A stretch of DNA of 64,000 nucleotides from positions 556,796 through 620,795 of the forward strand of contig CAWIRE010000006.1 of NCBI GenBank assembly GCA_963838385.1. Direction: 5' to 3'. The translations under genes and the position numbers were made by a program. Below the pieces are notes generated by a model, which searched no databases, had not been told where the DNA came from, and was given only the letters and a program-made list of their open reading frames with translations. Below, piece after piece: positions 51,973-61,752 of this stretch (positions are counted from its first letter, which is position 1; each line of letters starts with the position of its first letter). This DNA is from an uncultured Alphaproteobacteria bacterium (GTDB lineage: Bacteria > Pseudomonadota > Alphaproteobacteria > ATCC43930 > CGMCC-115725).

Positions 51973-52051
51973 GGGACAAGCCCGCGCATGACGACGGAGG
52001 GGTGTTGGCGAGCCGGGCCTTCGCTGCAGCGTTCCTGCAACCGCTCTGACC

Positions 52052-53380
52052 ATGCAGGCGCCCCTCCTCCGCTTCTTCCAGGCGCTGCGCGATGGCGGCG
52101 TGCGCGTCTCGGTGGCCGAGAGCATCGATGCCTTCGCCGCGGTGTCCGTCATGGGGCTCGGCGACCGCGAGGCGCTGAAGGACGCGCTGGGGCTGGTGCT
52201 GGCCAAGACGCCGGCGGAGAAGTCCACGTTTACCGAGTGCTTCGACCTCTTCTTCACCCGCGACAGCCTCGCCGCGCTCTCCGGCGCCGAGCCGCCGCCT
52301 CCCGGCGAGGGCGGCGAGGACGGCTCGGCGCTCGGCCGGATGCTGCTCGAGGGCGACGGCATGGCGCTCGCCACCGCGATGGAGGCGGCGGCGAACGCCG
52401 TCGGCATCTCCGAGATCAGCTTCTTCACCCAGGCCAACATCTACGGCCGGCGCATCCTCGACGCGATGGGCCTGGAAGCGCTCGACCGCGAGATCGAGGC
52501 GCTGCGGCGCGCGCCCGCGCCCGAGGCCGCCGCCCGCGCCGATCGCCTCGAGGCGCAGCGCACCCGTCTGCGCGACGGCGTGCGCGATTTCGTGCGCCGC
52601 CAGCTGGCGCTCTATGCCGACGGCAAGACCCGCGCCATGCGCGAGGAATTCCTCGCCACGGCCCGGCTCACCAGCCTCGACCGCAGCGATTTCCAGCGCA
52701 TGCACGGTCTCGTGCGCGTTCTCGCCAAGCGCCTCGCCGCCCGGCACGCCCTTGTCCGCCGCCGCGCGCGGCGCGGCCAGCTCGATCTGCGCCGCACGCT
52801 GCGCCAGAACATGGGCCTCGACGGCATGCTCTTCCGCACTTCCTGGAAGCGCCGGAAGATCGAGCGGCCCAAGGTGATGGCGCTGTGCGACGTCAGCGGC
52901 TCGGTCGCCTCCGTCGCGCGCTTCCTGCTGCTCTTCCTCTACAGCATGCACGAGGTGATGGCGGGGCTGCGCGCCTTCGCCTTCTCCGACCGGCTGGTCG
53001 AGGTCAGCGATCTCCTCGAGCGCCTCGAGATCGAGGCGGCGATCGCCGCGATCCTGCGCGAGGTGGGCTTCGGCTCCAGCGATTACGGCCGCTCGCTTGA
53101 GGATTTCGAGCGCGCCGCGATGCCGCTGCTCGACCGCCAGACCAGCGTCATCATCCTGGGCGACGGCCGCAGCAACTACACCGACCCGCGCGCCGATCTC
53201 CTCCAGGCGATCCAGAAGCGTGCCAAGCGCGTCATCTGGCTCAACCCCGAGCCCCAATCCCTCTGGGGCTCCGGCGACAGCGAGATGCTGCGCTACCGCC
53301 CCTTCTGCCACTACGCCGGCACCTGCAACAGCCTGCGCCACCTCGAGCGCGCGATGACGGATCTGCTGGCCTCCGGTTGA
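52052..53380 (+). CDS. VWA-domain CoxE-like protein (MoxR partner)
   Basis: N-terminus LLRFFQALRDGGVRVSVAESIDAFAAV (CoxE-like). MIDAS VMALCDVSGSVASVARF. C-terminus VIWLNPEPQSLWGSGDSEM. Confidence 0.8.
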   Translation: MQAPLLRFFQALRDGGVRVSVAESIDAFAAVSVMGLGDREALKDALGLVLAKTPAEKSTFTECFDLFFTRDSLAALSGAEPPPPGEGGEDGSALGRMLLEGDGMALATAMEAAANAVGISEISFFTQANIYGRRILDAMGLEALDREIEALRRAPAPEAAARADRLEAQRTRLRDGVRDFVRRQLALYADGKTRAMREEFLATARLTSLDRSDFQRMHGLVRVLAKRLAARHALVRRRARRGQLDLRRTLRQNMGLDGMLFRTSWKRRKIERPKVMALCDVSGSVASVARFLLLFLYSMHEVMAGLRAFAFSDRLVEVSDLLERLEIEAAIAAILREVGFGSSDYGRSLEDFERAAMPLLDRQTSVIILGDGRSNYTDPRADLLQAIQKRAKRVIWLNPEPQSLWGSGDSEMLRYRPFCHYAGTCNSLRHLERAMTDLLASG

Positions 53381-53590
53381 GCGGCGCTGCCCTCGAAACG
53401 GAATCGCCGACCGCCGTGCTGAAGCGGCGCTTCAGCTTCGCGTAAGCTTGCCGGGCTCCGCGTAATCCTGCCGTAATGTCGGCTTCAGGTCGATGTAAGC
53501 CCGACCTCCTATCGTCATCCGCGACACCAGGGATCGCCTCGGAAAGCGCGGTGTCGCGATCGCGATCCGTCGCCATTTTCGGGAACCTCC

Positions 53591-55183
53591 ATGCGCCTGC
53601 GCTTCACCGGGTTTGCAGTCATCACGGCGATTGCGATGCTGCTCGCCGGCTGCTCGGTCGGCCCCGACTTTCTCCGCCCCGCCCCGCCCAAGGATGCGGG
53701 CTACGCGCCGACGCCGCTGCCCAAGGCGACGGCCGCCGCGGCCGTCCAGGGCGGCGACGCGCAGCGCTTCATCGCCGGCGGCGACATCCGCTTCGACTGG
53801 TGGACGGCGTTCCAGTCGCCGGCGCTCGACGCGCTGGTGGAGCGAGCGATCAGGGCCAATCCGACGATCGAGGCGGCGCAGCGCGCACTCGCCGCGGCGG
53901 AGGAGAATGTCTATGCCCAGCAGGGCTTCTTCTTCCCGACGGTCGGCGTGGGCTATCAGTTCCAGCGCCAGATGGTGGCGGGCAATCTCGCGAACAGCGT
54001 GGCGCCGGGCGTCCAGGGCAATGGCCGCGACATCGCCGCCTTCCAGAACCCCACCGGCGAGCCGCACAACAAGGCGCTCTACTACAATTTCCATACCGCG
54101 CAGGTGACGGTGGGCTACACGCCGGACGTGTTCGGCCTCAACCGGCGGCAGGTCGAATCGCTGGAGGCGCAGGAAGCCGTGCAGCGCTTCGAGCTCGAGG
54201 CCACCTACATCACGCTCGCCGCCAACGTCGTCGCCGCCGCCGTCCAGGAAGCTTCGGTGCGCGCGCAGATCGCCGCGGTCGAGGAGATCATCGCCATCAA
54301 CGTCAAATCGCTCGACCTGCTGCGGGCGCAGCAGCAGGACGGCTATGCCATGGGCATCAACGTTGCGGCGCAGGAGGCGGCGCTGGCGGCGGCAAGGCAG
54401 CTGCTGCCGCCGCTGCAGAGCCAGTTCGAGCAGACGCGGGATCTCATCCGCGCGCTGGTCGGCACTCTGCCCAACGAGGATGTCGGCGAGACCTTCGATC
54501 TCGCCTCGCTGCACCTGCCGCGGCAGCTGCCGCTCAGCATCCCCTCGAAGCTCGTCGAGCAGCGTCCCAACGTCCGCGCCGCCGAAGAGCAATTGCGCGC
54601 CGCCAACGCCCAGGTCGGCGTCGCCATCGCCAACCGGCTGCCGCTCTTCTCGATCACCGCCGCGGCCGGCGGGACGGCCACCGAATTCGACCAGATGTTC
54701 AGCCCCGGCGGTCCGTTCTGGAGCATCATCGGCTCGGTCACGCAGCCGGTCTTCGACGGCGGCACGCTGCGTCACCGCGAGCGCGCCGCGGACGAGGCGC
54801 TCTACGAGGCGGCGGCGCAATACCGCAGCACCGTCATCACCGCCTATCAGAACGTGGCGGATACGCTGCATGTGCTGGTCTCGGATGCCGATGCGCTCGC
54901 GGCCGCGCTCGAGGCGGAGCAGGCGGCGAAGAAGACGCTCGACCTGACGCGCGCCCAGATGGAGCACGGCTATGTCAGCTACCTGGTCCTGCTCCAGGCG
55001 GAGCAGGCCTATCAGCAGGCGCTGCTCAGCCTGGTGCAGGCGCAGGCGACCCGGTTCGGCGACACCGCCGCGCTGTTCGAGGCCCTGGGCGGCGGCTGGT
55101 GGAACCGCACCGGCGAGAATGCCGGCGCGCCGGGTAAATCCGCCGCCGCATCCGCGGACCAGCGGCAGGCGAGCGTCCGGTGA
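53591..55183 (+). CDS. RND efflux outer-membrane factor lipoprotein (NodT family), intact
   Basis: Lipobox MLLAGCSVGPDF. WWTAFQSPALDALVERAIRANPTIEAAQ and a second repeat, typical of OMF proteins. Confidence 0.85.
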   Translation: MRLRFTGFAVITAIAMLLAGCSVGPDFLRPAPPKDAGYAPTPLPKATAAAAVQGGDAQRFIAGGDIRFDWWTAFQSPALDALVERAIRANPTIEAAQRALAAAEENVYAQQGFFFPTVGVGYQFQRQMVAGNLANSVAPGVQGNGRDIAAFQNPTGEPHNKALYYNFHTAQVTVGYTPDVFGLNRRQVESLEAQEAVQRFELEATYITLAANVVAAAVQEASVRAQIAAVEEIIAINVKSLDLLRAQQQDGYAMGINVAAQEAALAAARQLLPPLQSQFEQTRDLIRALVGTLPNEDVGETFDLASLHLPRQLPLSIPSKLVEQRPNVRAAEEQLRAANAQVGVAIANRLPLFSITAAAGGTATEFDQMFSPGGPFWSIIGSVTQPVFDGGTLRHRERAADEALYEAAAQYRSTVITAYQNVADTLHVLVSDADALAAALEAEQAAKKTLDLTRAQMEHGYVSYLVLLQAEQAYQQALLSLVQAQATRFGDTAALFEALGGGWWNRTGENAGAPGKSAAASADQRQASVR

Positions 55184-55971
55184 TGTCTGCGCCGGTCGAC
55201 AGGTCTGCTCCGATGACGGGCGACATCATCAGAAGCGCCGGCCGGCGAGCCCGAGCGCTGTCGGAGGCGAACGGCGCGCGCCAGTCCCTGCCAGAGGCCG
55301 GGAGCGGTGCGGTCAAGCTGCTTCTGGTCGAGGCGAACCCCGATTTGTCGCGGGAGCTCAAGCGGCTGCTCGACGCCGCCGGATTCGATGTCGAGCTTGG
55401 CGGCGGCGAGAGGGCGAGCGAGGCCGCGCCGGCACATTTCCCCATCGTCCTGATCGGCGCCGGGACACGGCCCGAGGACCGCACGAAACTCGTTCGCCGG
55501 AGCGCCGAGACGATGCCGTTGCTGGTGTTGGCGGCGCCTCCCGAGGAGTCCGGCGCATCGCGGGCGATGACGGCGCGCGAGCATCTGGTGAAGGAGTTTC
55601 AGATCGAGGCGGTGGTGACACGGCTGCAGTCGCTGCTCGGGCAACAGCGACCGTCGCGCCGGCCGGGGCTCCGCTTCGGCAATGTCTCGATCGACGGCGA
55701 CGGACAGGTCGTCGTCGGCGGCGAGGCCGGCTATTTCCAGCCGACCGAGGTCGCCCTGCTCGCGCTGCTGATGCGCCGCAAGGGAAAGATCGTCCCGAAG
55801 CGGTCGATCGAGGTGAGCCTCTACGGAAAATCCGACGGGACGACGGCGAATGCCGTCGAGGTCCGCATCCATCGGCTGCGCCGCAGCCTGGCGGCCGCCG
55901 CGGCCAACCTCCGCATCCGCACGGTGCGGAACGGCGGCTATTTCATTGTACGCCATGACCCGCCGCGTTGA
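55183..55971 (+). CDS. OmpR/PhoB-type winged-helix regulator with a degenerate (pseudo-)receiver domain
   Basis: C-terminus FGNVSIDGDGQVVVGGEAGYFQPTEVALLALLMRRKGKIVPKRSIEVSLYG...ANAVEVRIHRLRRSL...IRTVRNGGYFI is an OmpR wHTH. The receiver-like N-terminus reads LLLVEANPDL ... FPIVLIGAGTRP ... LLVLAAP ... LVKEF, which lacks the acidic pocket and the phospho-acceptor Asp. Confidence 0.7.
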   Translation: MSAPVDRSAPMTGDIIRSAGRRARALSEANGARQSLPEAGSGAVKLLLVEANPDLSRELKRLLDAAGFDVELGGGERASEAAPAHFPIVLIGAGTRPEDRTKLVRRSAETMPLLVLAAPPEESGASRAMTAREHLVKEFQIEAVVTRLQSLLGQQRPSRRPGLRFGNVSIDGDGQVVVGGEAGYFQPTEVALLALLMRRKGKIVPKRSIEVSLYGKSDGTTANAVEVRIHRLRRSLAAAAANLRIRTVRNGGYFIVRHDPPR

Positions 55972-56116
55972 GCGCGCGTGGCGCGGACCGGCCGGCGCGG
56001 AGCGCCATCGCGGCGTGCCGTTCCGACGGTTCAACGTCCGGCCCGGGCCGCAGGCTCATGCCGCACGACATCAGGTCCGGCGCTTCTCGCGGGACGCGGG
56101 CGAGGAGTGACCGAAA

Positions 56117-57365
56117 ATGCAAACCGACAAGTTCGACAAGAGGCTTGCCGCCGCCATCGTCGCGCTGCTGGTCCTGGCGATCGTGGCCTATCTCCGCATC
56201 GGCGCGACAGGTGCGACGGCGGATATGCCGCACGGGCAGCCGGCCGGCCAGGCCCAGGATCCGCCCCCGGGTCCGCCGAGCGTTGCGCTGACGGATGACC
56301 AGCTCAAATCGATCACCGTCGGGCCGGTCTCCGAGCGCGATTTTCCGCTGGAGAAGGAATCCTTCGGCAGCATCGACTTCAACGAAGACATGGCGGTCCA
56401 GGTCTTCACGCCCTATCAGGGGCGGATCATCCAGGCCTTCGCCGAGCTCGGCGACGACGTGAAGAAGGGCGAGATCCTGTTCACCATCGAGAGCCCGGAC
56501 CTGATCCAGGCGGAATCGACTTTGATCGCGGCGGCGGGGGTTCGCGATCTGACCACCCGCGCGCTGGCGCGCGCCAAGGAACTGTACGCCAAGCAGGCGG
56601 CATCGCTCAGAAGGACTCGAGCAGGCGGATATCCGACCAGCAGACCGCCGAGGGCGCGCTACGGGCCGCGCGCGACGCGGTGCGCATCTTCGGCAAGACC
56701 GATGCCGAGATCGACACATGATCGCGACGCGGCGCGTCGACGACTCGCTGATCGTGCCGAGCCCGATCAGCGGCCGGGTCACGGCGCGCAACGCCGCAGC
56801 CCGGCCTGTTCGTCCAGCCGGGCAATCCGCCGGCGCCGTATACGGTCGCGGACATATCGACGATGTGGATGCTGGCCAACGTCGATCGAGAGCGACAGCC
56901 GCGGCTCTACCAGGTGGGACAGGAGGTGCAGCGTCTCGGTCATGGCCTTTCCCGGGCGGGTGTTCACGGCAAGATCACGCCGCATCGGCGCGACTGCGTC
57001 GATCCCAACATCCACCGCCTGCTGGTGCGCTCGGAGATCGCCGATCCCGGCGCACGAGCTCAGGCCCGGAATGTTCGCGAGCTTCGTGATCAGCACCGGC
57101 GCGCCGGTGCGCGCCCCGGCGGTCGCCGCTCGACGGCGTGGTGCGCGAGGGCGACGGCACGATGACCGTCTGGGTCACCACCGACCGCCGCCGCTTCACC
57201 CAGCGGACGGTCAAGATCGGCTTGCAGCAGGACGGCTACGACCAGATCGTCGAGGGTCTGCAGCCCGGCGAGCTGGTCGCCACCGAAGGCGCGCTGCTGC
57301 TCGACAACATCGCTCAACAATATCGGCGCCGCCTCCTGAGGCGCGCACGCGCTGCGAGGTCGTGA
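56117..57365 (+). pseudogene. RND efflux periplasmic adaptor (MFP, CzcB/CusB-like), multiple frame disruptions
   Basis: The recognisable sequence jumps between frames. MQTDKF...IESPDLIQAESTLIAAAGVRDLTTRALARAKELYAKQ (frame 2), GIAQKD...ISDQQTAEGALRAARDAVRIFGKTDAEIDT (frame 1), MIATRRVDDSLIVPSPISGRVTARNAA (frame 0), MWMLANV...PRLYQVGQEVQ...VDPNIHRLLVRSEIADPG (frame 1), and VREGDGTMTVWVTTDRRRFTQRTVKIGLQQDGYDQIVEGLQPGELVATEGALLLDN (frame 0). Confidence 0.8.
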
Positions 57366-57387
57366 CGCTCATCGAAAGAGACCGCTC

Positions 57388-60300
57388 ATGCTGAAATCCC
57401 TCCTCGCCTTCGTTCTCACCCGCCGCGCGATCGTGCTCCTGGCGCTGATCGTCTTTGTCGGCGGCGGGCTGATCGCCTTCACTCAAGCTCAACATCGAGG
57501 CCTATCCCAATCCGGCGCCGGTGATCCTCGAGATCACCGCGCAGGCGCCGGGCCTCTCGGCCGAGGAGATGGAGCGCTACTACACCATCCCGATGGAGAT
57601 CGGTCTCTACTGCGACGCCGGGCATCGACAACATCCGCTCGACCTCGTTCTACGGGCTGTCGTTCGTCCGCGTCACGTTCAAATACGGCGTCGACTACTA
57701 TTTCGCCTATACGCAGGCGGCGCTGAGCCTGCAGCAGAACGTCAGCGCTGCCGAACAACGTGCAGGCCGCAAATCCAGCAATCGAGCCTGGTCGGCGAGG
57801 TCTATCGCTACCAGGTGGTCGGGCCGCCGCATTTCGGCCTGACCAATCTGCGCACGGTGCAGGACTGGATCGTCGCGCCGGCGGCTTTCGACCGTTCCCG
57901 GCGTGGTGCAAGTCAACAGCTGGGGCGGCACGACCAAGGAATTCGAGGTCGAGGTCGATCTGCGCAAGCTCGAGGCCTACGACGTCACCGTGCCGCAGGT
58001 GCTGCACCGCGCTCGGCAATGCCAACGTCAACGTCGGCGGCCGCGAGATCACCATCGGCCAGCAATCGGTCAACATCCGCGGCATCGGCCTGATCGACAG
58101 CGGCGGCAACGACGACCTGACCAAGGGATACAACGTCAACGACATCGAGAACGTCGTGCTCACGCCAGTCCAACGGCGTTCCGGTGCGGGTCAAGGACGT
58201 GGCCAAGGTCTATGTCGGCTACGTGCCGCGGCTCGGCATGGCCGGCCGCGACCATCAGCGACGACGTGGTCGCGTCGATCGTCGTCATGGGCCGCACGCA
58301 GCACACCAACGACATGGTGCCGCGAGATCAAGGCCGAGGTCGCAGAAGATGAACCGCGACGGCACCTTGCCGCCCGGGGTCAAGATCGTGCCGTACTACG
58401 ACCGCACCTCGCTGGTCGCCGTGACGACCCACACGGTCCTGCACAACCTGGTCTTCGGCTGCCTGCTGGTGTTCCTGATCCAGTGGATCTTCCTCGGCGA
58501 TCTGCGCAGCGCCATCATCGTCGGCGTCAACATCCCGTTCGCGCTGTTCTTCACCATCATCATGCTGGTCTGCCAGGGCGAGGACGCCAATCTGCTGTCG
58601 GTCGGCGCGGTCGATTTCGGCATCATCGTCGATTCGGCCGTGATCCTGGTGGAGAACATCTTCCGCAATTTCCAGGCGAAGCCCGAGGAGCGGCGGCAGC
58701 TGCTGGAGCGATCTGGCCGAGGGCGGCTGGGGCGTCGATCCGACCAGCCCGCACGGCCCGTCGACGGTCAAGACTGGACCGACCGGCTGCGCCTGATCCT
58801 CGTCAGCGCCCTGCAGGTCGACCGGCGGTGTTGTTCTCCGCCGCGATCACCGTCGCCGCGTTCGTCCCGCTGTTCACGATGCAGGGCGTCGAGGGCCAGA
58901 TCTTCGGCCCGATGGCGCGAACCTACGGCTTACGCGCTGGCCGGCGCGCTGATCGCCACCTTCACGGTGACGCCGGTGCTGGCGTCGCTGCTGCTGCCCG
59001 AAGCAGGTGCGGGAGGTCGAGACGCATCGTGGTGCGGGCGCTGCGTCGCGTCTACACGCCGGTGCTCAATTTGTCGCTCGCGCATCGCAGGACTCATGGT
59101 CGCCGTCGGCGTCGGCTTCCTGGTCGCTGATCGGGCTTGCTGTTCCCGTCTCGGCAGCGAGTTCCTGCCGGCGCTGGAAGAAGGCAATCTCTGGATCCGC
59201 GCCTCCATGCCGCCGACGATGTCGCTCGATGCCGGCGATCCGAGGCGACGCGCAAGATGCGCGAGATCCTGCTGCGCCATCCCGAGGTCATCACCGTGGT
59301 CTCGCAGCACGGCCGGCCGGACAACGGCAGCGACGCCTCGCCTTCTCCAACGTCGAACTCTTCGCGCCGCTGAAGCCCTACGACGAATGGCCGCCGGGCT
59401 GACCAAGGACAAGCTGACGAGAGCTGCAGGAGGAGTTCGAGGCGAGCTTCGCCGGGGGTCGTCTTCAATTTCTCGCAATACATCCAGGACAACATCGAGG
59501 AGGCGCATCTCCGGCGTCAAAGGCGCGAACTCGGTCAAGATCGTCGGTCCGAATCTCGAACATCCTCGAGGAGCTCGCCGAGCAGGTCGCGACGAGATGG
59601 ACAGGTCCGCGGCATGGCGGATCTCGGCATCTTCCACGTCCTCGGCCAGCCCAACCTCGAACATCACGGATCGATCGCGACAAGGCGGCCCGCTACGGGC
59701 TCAACACCGGCGACGTGAACACCGTCGTCCAGGCCGCCATGGGCGGCACGGTCGCGACCACCGTGCTCGAAGGCGATCGCCAGTTCAATCTCGACGGTGC
59801 GCTTCGCGCCGAAATATCGCGACAGCATCGAAGACGATCGGCAACATCCGGTCGGCTATCAGACCGCGAGCGGCACCACAGCCTACATCCCGTTGCGCGA
59901 GCTGGCGACGATCACGCTCGATACCGGCGCCTCCTACATCTATCACGAGAGCAACCAGCGCTATCATTCCGGTCAAGTTCAGCGTGCGCGGCCGCGACCT
60001 CGGCGGCGCCGTCGCCGAGGCGCAGGCGCGGATCGCGCAGAACGTCAAGCTGCCGACGGGCTATCGCATCATCTGGGCGGGCGAGTTCGAGGATCTGCAG
60101 ATGGCGCAGAAGCGCCTTGCGGTCATCGTGCCGATGAGCCTCGCGCTGATCGTCGTGCTGCTCTACGGCCTGTTCAATTCGCTGCGCGACAGCCTGCTGG
60201 CGCTGGCCGGCATCCCCTTCGCCATCGGCGGCGGCGTCCTGGCGCTGTTCGTTGACCGGCCTAGCCTTTCAGCATCTCGGCCGCGATCGGCTTCATCTCG

Positions 60301-60670
60301 CTGTTCGGCGTCTCGGTCATGAACGGCATCCTGATCATCACCTATTATCAACCAGCTCAGGCTGCAGAAATGCGCCCCGCTCGAGGCGATGTACCACGCC
60401 GCCGAGCAGCGGATGCGCCCGATGCTGATGACCGCGCTCTCCGCCTGCATCGGCCTCTTGCCGGCGGCGATCTCGACCGGCATCGGCAGCCAGGTGCAGC
60501 GTCCGCTTGCCACCGTGGTCGTCGGCGGCATGATCCTCGGCCCGATCCTGCTGCTCGTGGTCGTGCCGGCGCTGCAGATGCTGTTCCTCGGCAAGGATCA
60601 CGGCCCCGGCTCCGGCCCTGCTGAACCGGAGACCGAGCCGGAGATGGACGCCATGCCGGGCGGCGAATGA
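57388..60670 (+). pseudogene. RND efflux permease (CusA/CzcA-type heavy-metal efflux family), many frame disruptions
   Basis: Family-typical peptides are scattered over all three frames. Examples: MLKSLLAFVLTRRAIVLLALIVFVGGGLIAFT, LNIEAYPNPAPVILEITAQAPGLSAEEMERYYTIPMEIGLY, ATPGIDNIRSTSFYGLSFVRVTFKYGVDYYFAYTQAALSLQQNVS, SWGGTTKEFEVEVDLRKLEAYDVTVPQVL, TALGNANVNVGGREITIGQQSVNIRGIGLI, KMNRDGTLPPGVKIVPYYDRT...DFGIIVDSAVILVENIFRN, LGSEFLPALEEGNLWIRASMPPTMSLDAG, and MYHAAEQRMRPMLMTALSACIGLLPAAISTGIGSQVQRPLATVVVGGMILGPILLLVVVPAL. Confidence 0.85.
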
Positions 60671-60680
60671 GGAGGCGCCC

Positions 60681-61340
60681 ATGAACAAGTTCCGGTCCGT
60701 CGCGCTCGCTCCCGATCGCCTCGCGCCGCTCTTGCCGTTGCTCTTCGCCCTCCTGCTCTTCGCCGGCCTGGCGGTGCGGGCGAACCTGCTGCCGCTGAAG
60801 CCGATGCGGCTGGAAATCCCGTCGGGCGCCGAAACCGGTGCGGCGCCCGAAGAGAGCGTCCCGCCGCCAAGCGCGACGATCAGCTTCACCCCGCCAACCC
60901 CCGTGCTGCCGCAGGAGAGCGTGCCCAGCGAGGTCGCGCCGGCCGAGCCGAGCCCGAGCGTGGCCATGGCACCGCCGAGCCTCGACGTTCCGGCCGCGGG
61001 CGCGGCGGGTGCGGCCGTTTCGCCGCTCCTCGGCCTTTCGGGTTCCGGCAATCTAAACCTCCGCAGCAACCGGACGCATGCCGTGTCCGTGTTGGTCGCC
61101 AACCTGATGCAGACCATCCAACACCTGCGCGCCCGGTCATCGGCCCGGCCCGTCCGGCACCCGCTCGCCCTCACGCCGCTGCCGCGCAGCAGCAAAGAGC
61201 CCATGCTCGTCAAGCAAAGCCCCTGGCCGGCAGGCCTCGGCGGCGCCGCGCCGCGCCGCGGCGATCTTGGCGGCCCCGCGCCCTTGGCACGACGATTTGC
61301 GCCCGCCATCAACGGCGCTAGCTTCAAGCGAAAGTTCTGA
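60681..61340 (+). CDS. Hypothetical secreted or membrane-anchored Pro/Ala-rich protein
   Basis: N-terminal hydrophobic segment LAPLLPLLFALLLFAGLAV; no family recognised. Confidence 0.4.
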   Translation: MNKFRSVALAPDRLAPLLPLLFALLLFAGLAVRANLLPLKPMRLEIPSGAETGAAPEESVPPPSATISFTPPTPVLPQESVPSEVAPAEPSPSVAMAPPSLDVPAAGAAGAAVSPLLGLSGSGNLNLRSNRTHAVSVLVANLMQTIQHLRARSSARPVRHPLALTPLPRSSKEPMLVKQSPWPAGLGGAAPRRGDLGGPAPLARRFAPAINGASFKRKF

Positions 61341-61349
61341 GAGGGTCGG

Positions 61350-61547
61350 ATGAGACGAGAAGCCGTGATCTTCCTGGCCGCCCTCCTGCTGGGGGGATGC
61401 AGCGTGCCGGTCGTGGTGCAGAATCCGCAAACCGGCGAGACCGTGACCTGTACCGAGGGATGGCGGGATCAGAGCCCCTGGTCGCAGCGCGAGGCCTGCG
61501 TCGCCGGTCACGTCGCGCAAGGCTGGGTCGTCAAGCACGAGGACTGA
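61350..61547 (+). CDS. Small lipoprotein (65 aa)
   Basis: Lipobox FLAALLLGGCSVP; GAGAGGGTCGG precedes the ATG. Confidence 0.5.
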   Translation: MRREAVIFLAALLLGGCSVPVVVQNPQTGETVTCTEGWRDQSPWSQREACVAGHVAQGWVVKHED

Positions 61548-61589
61548 CGCGGCCCGAGCTCTGTCGCGACGCACAGACGGCGCGAGCGG

Positions 61590-61739
61590 CCCTCACCCAC
61601 CCAGCGCTGACGCGCCGGGTCACCCTCTCCCGCAAGCGGGAGCAACCCGTTCGATCGCTTTGCGATCGAACCCAAGCGGGGCCGACCGCAAGGCGGTCGG
61701 CCGGGTTGCTGGTGCCGAGCGCAGCGAGGCGGGTGAGGG
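61590..61739. repeat. Nested palindromic REP-like element between convergent genes
   Basis: Outer ccctcaccc (61590-61598) / gggtgaggg (61731-61739). Two adjacent perfect 10-bp hairpins: gttcgatcgc-ttt-gcgatcgaac (61649-61671) and ggccgaccgc-aag-gcggtcggcc (61680-61702). Confidence 0.7.
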
Positions 61740-61752
61740 TCCGCGCCCGCCG

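Noticed and set aside
51870-52040. An N-terminal extension of the IS4 transposase (track ORF starts at 52040).
   Set aside because: The extension crosses the IS terminal repeat and target duplication into the REP-like repeat (it translates to the VVMRGLVPRLSGW pseudo-peptide). The DUF4372-type N-terminus begins at MRHQNSVLHSVLKHVPW.
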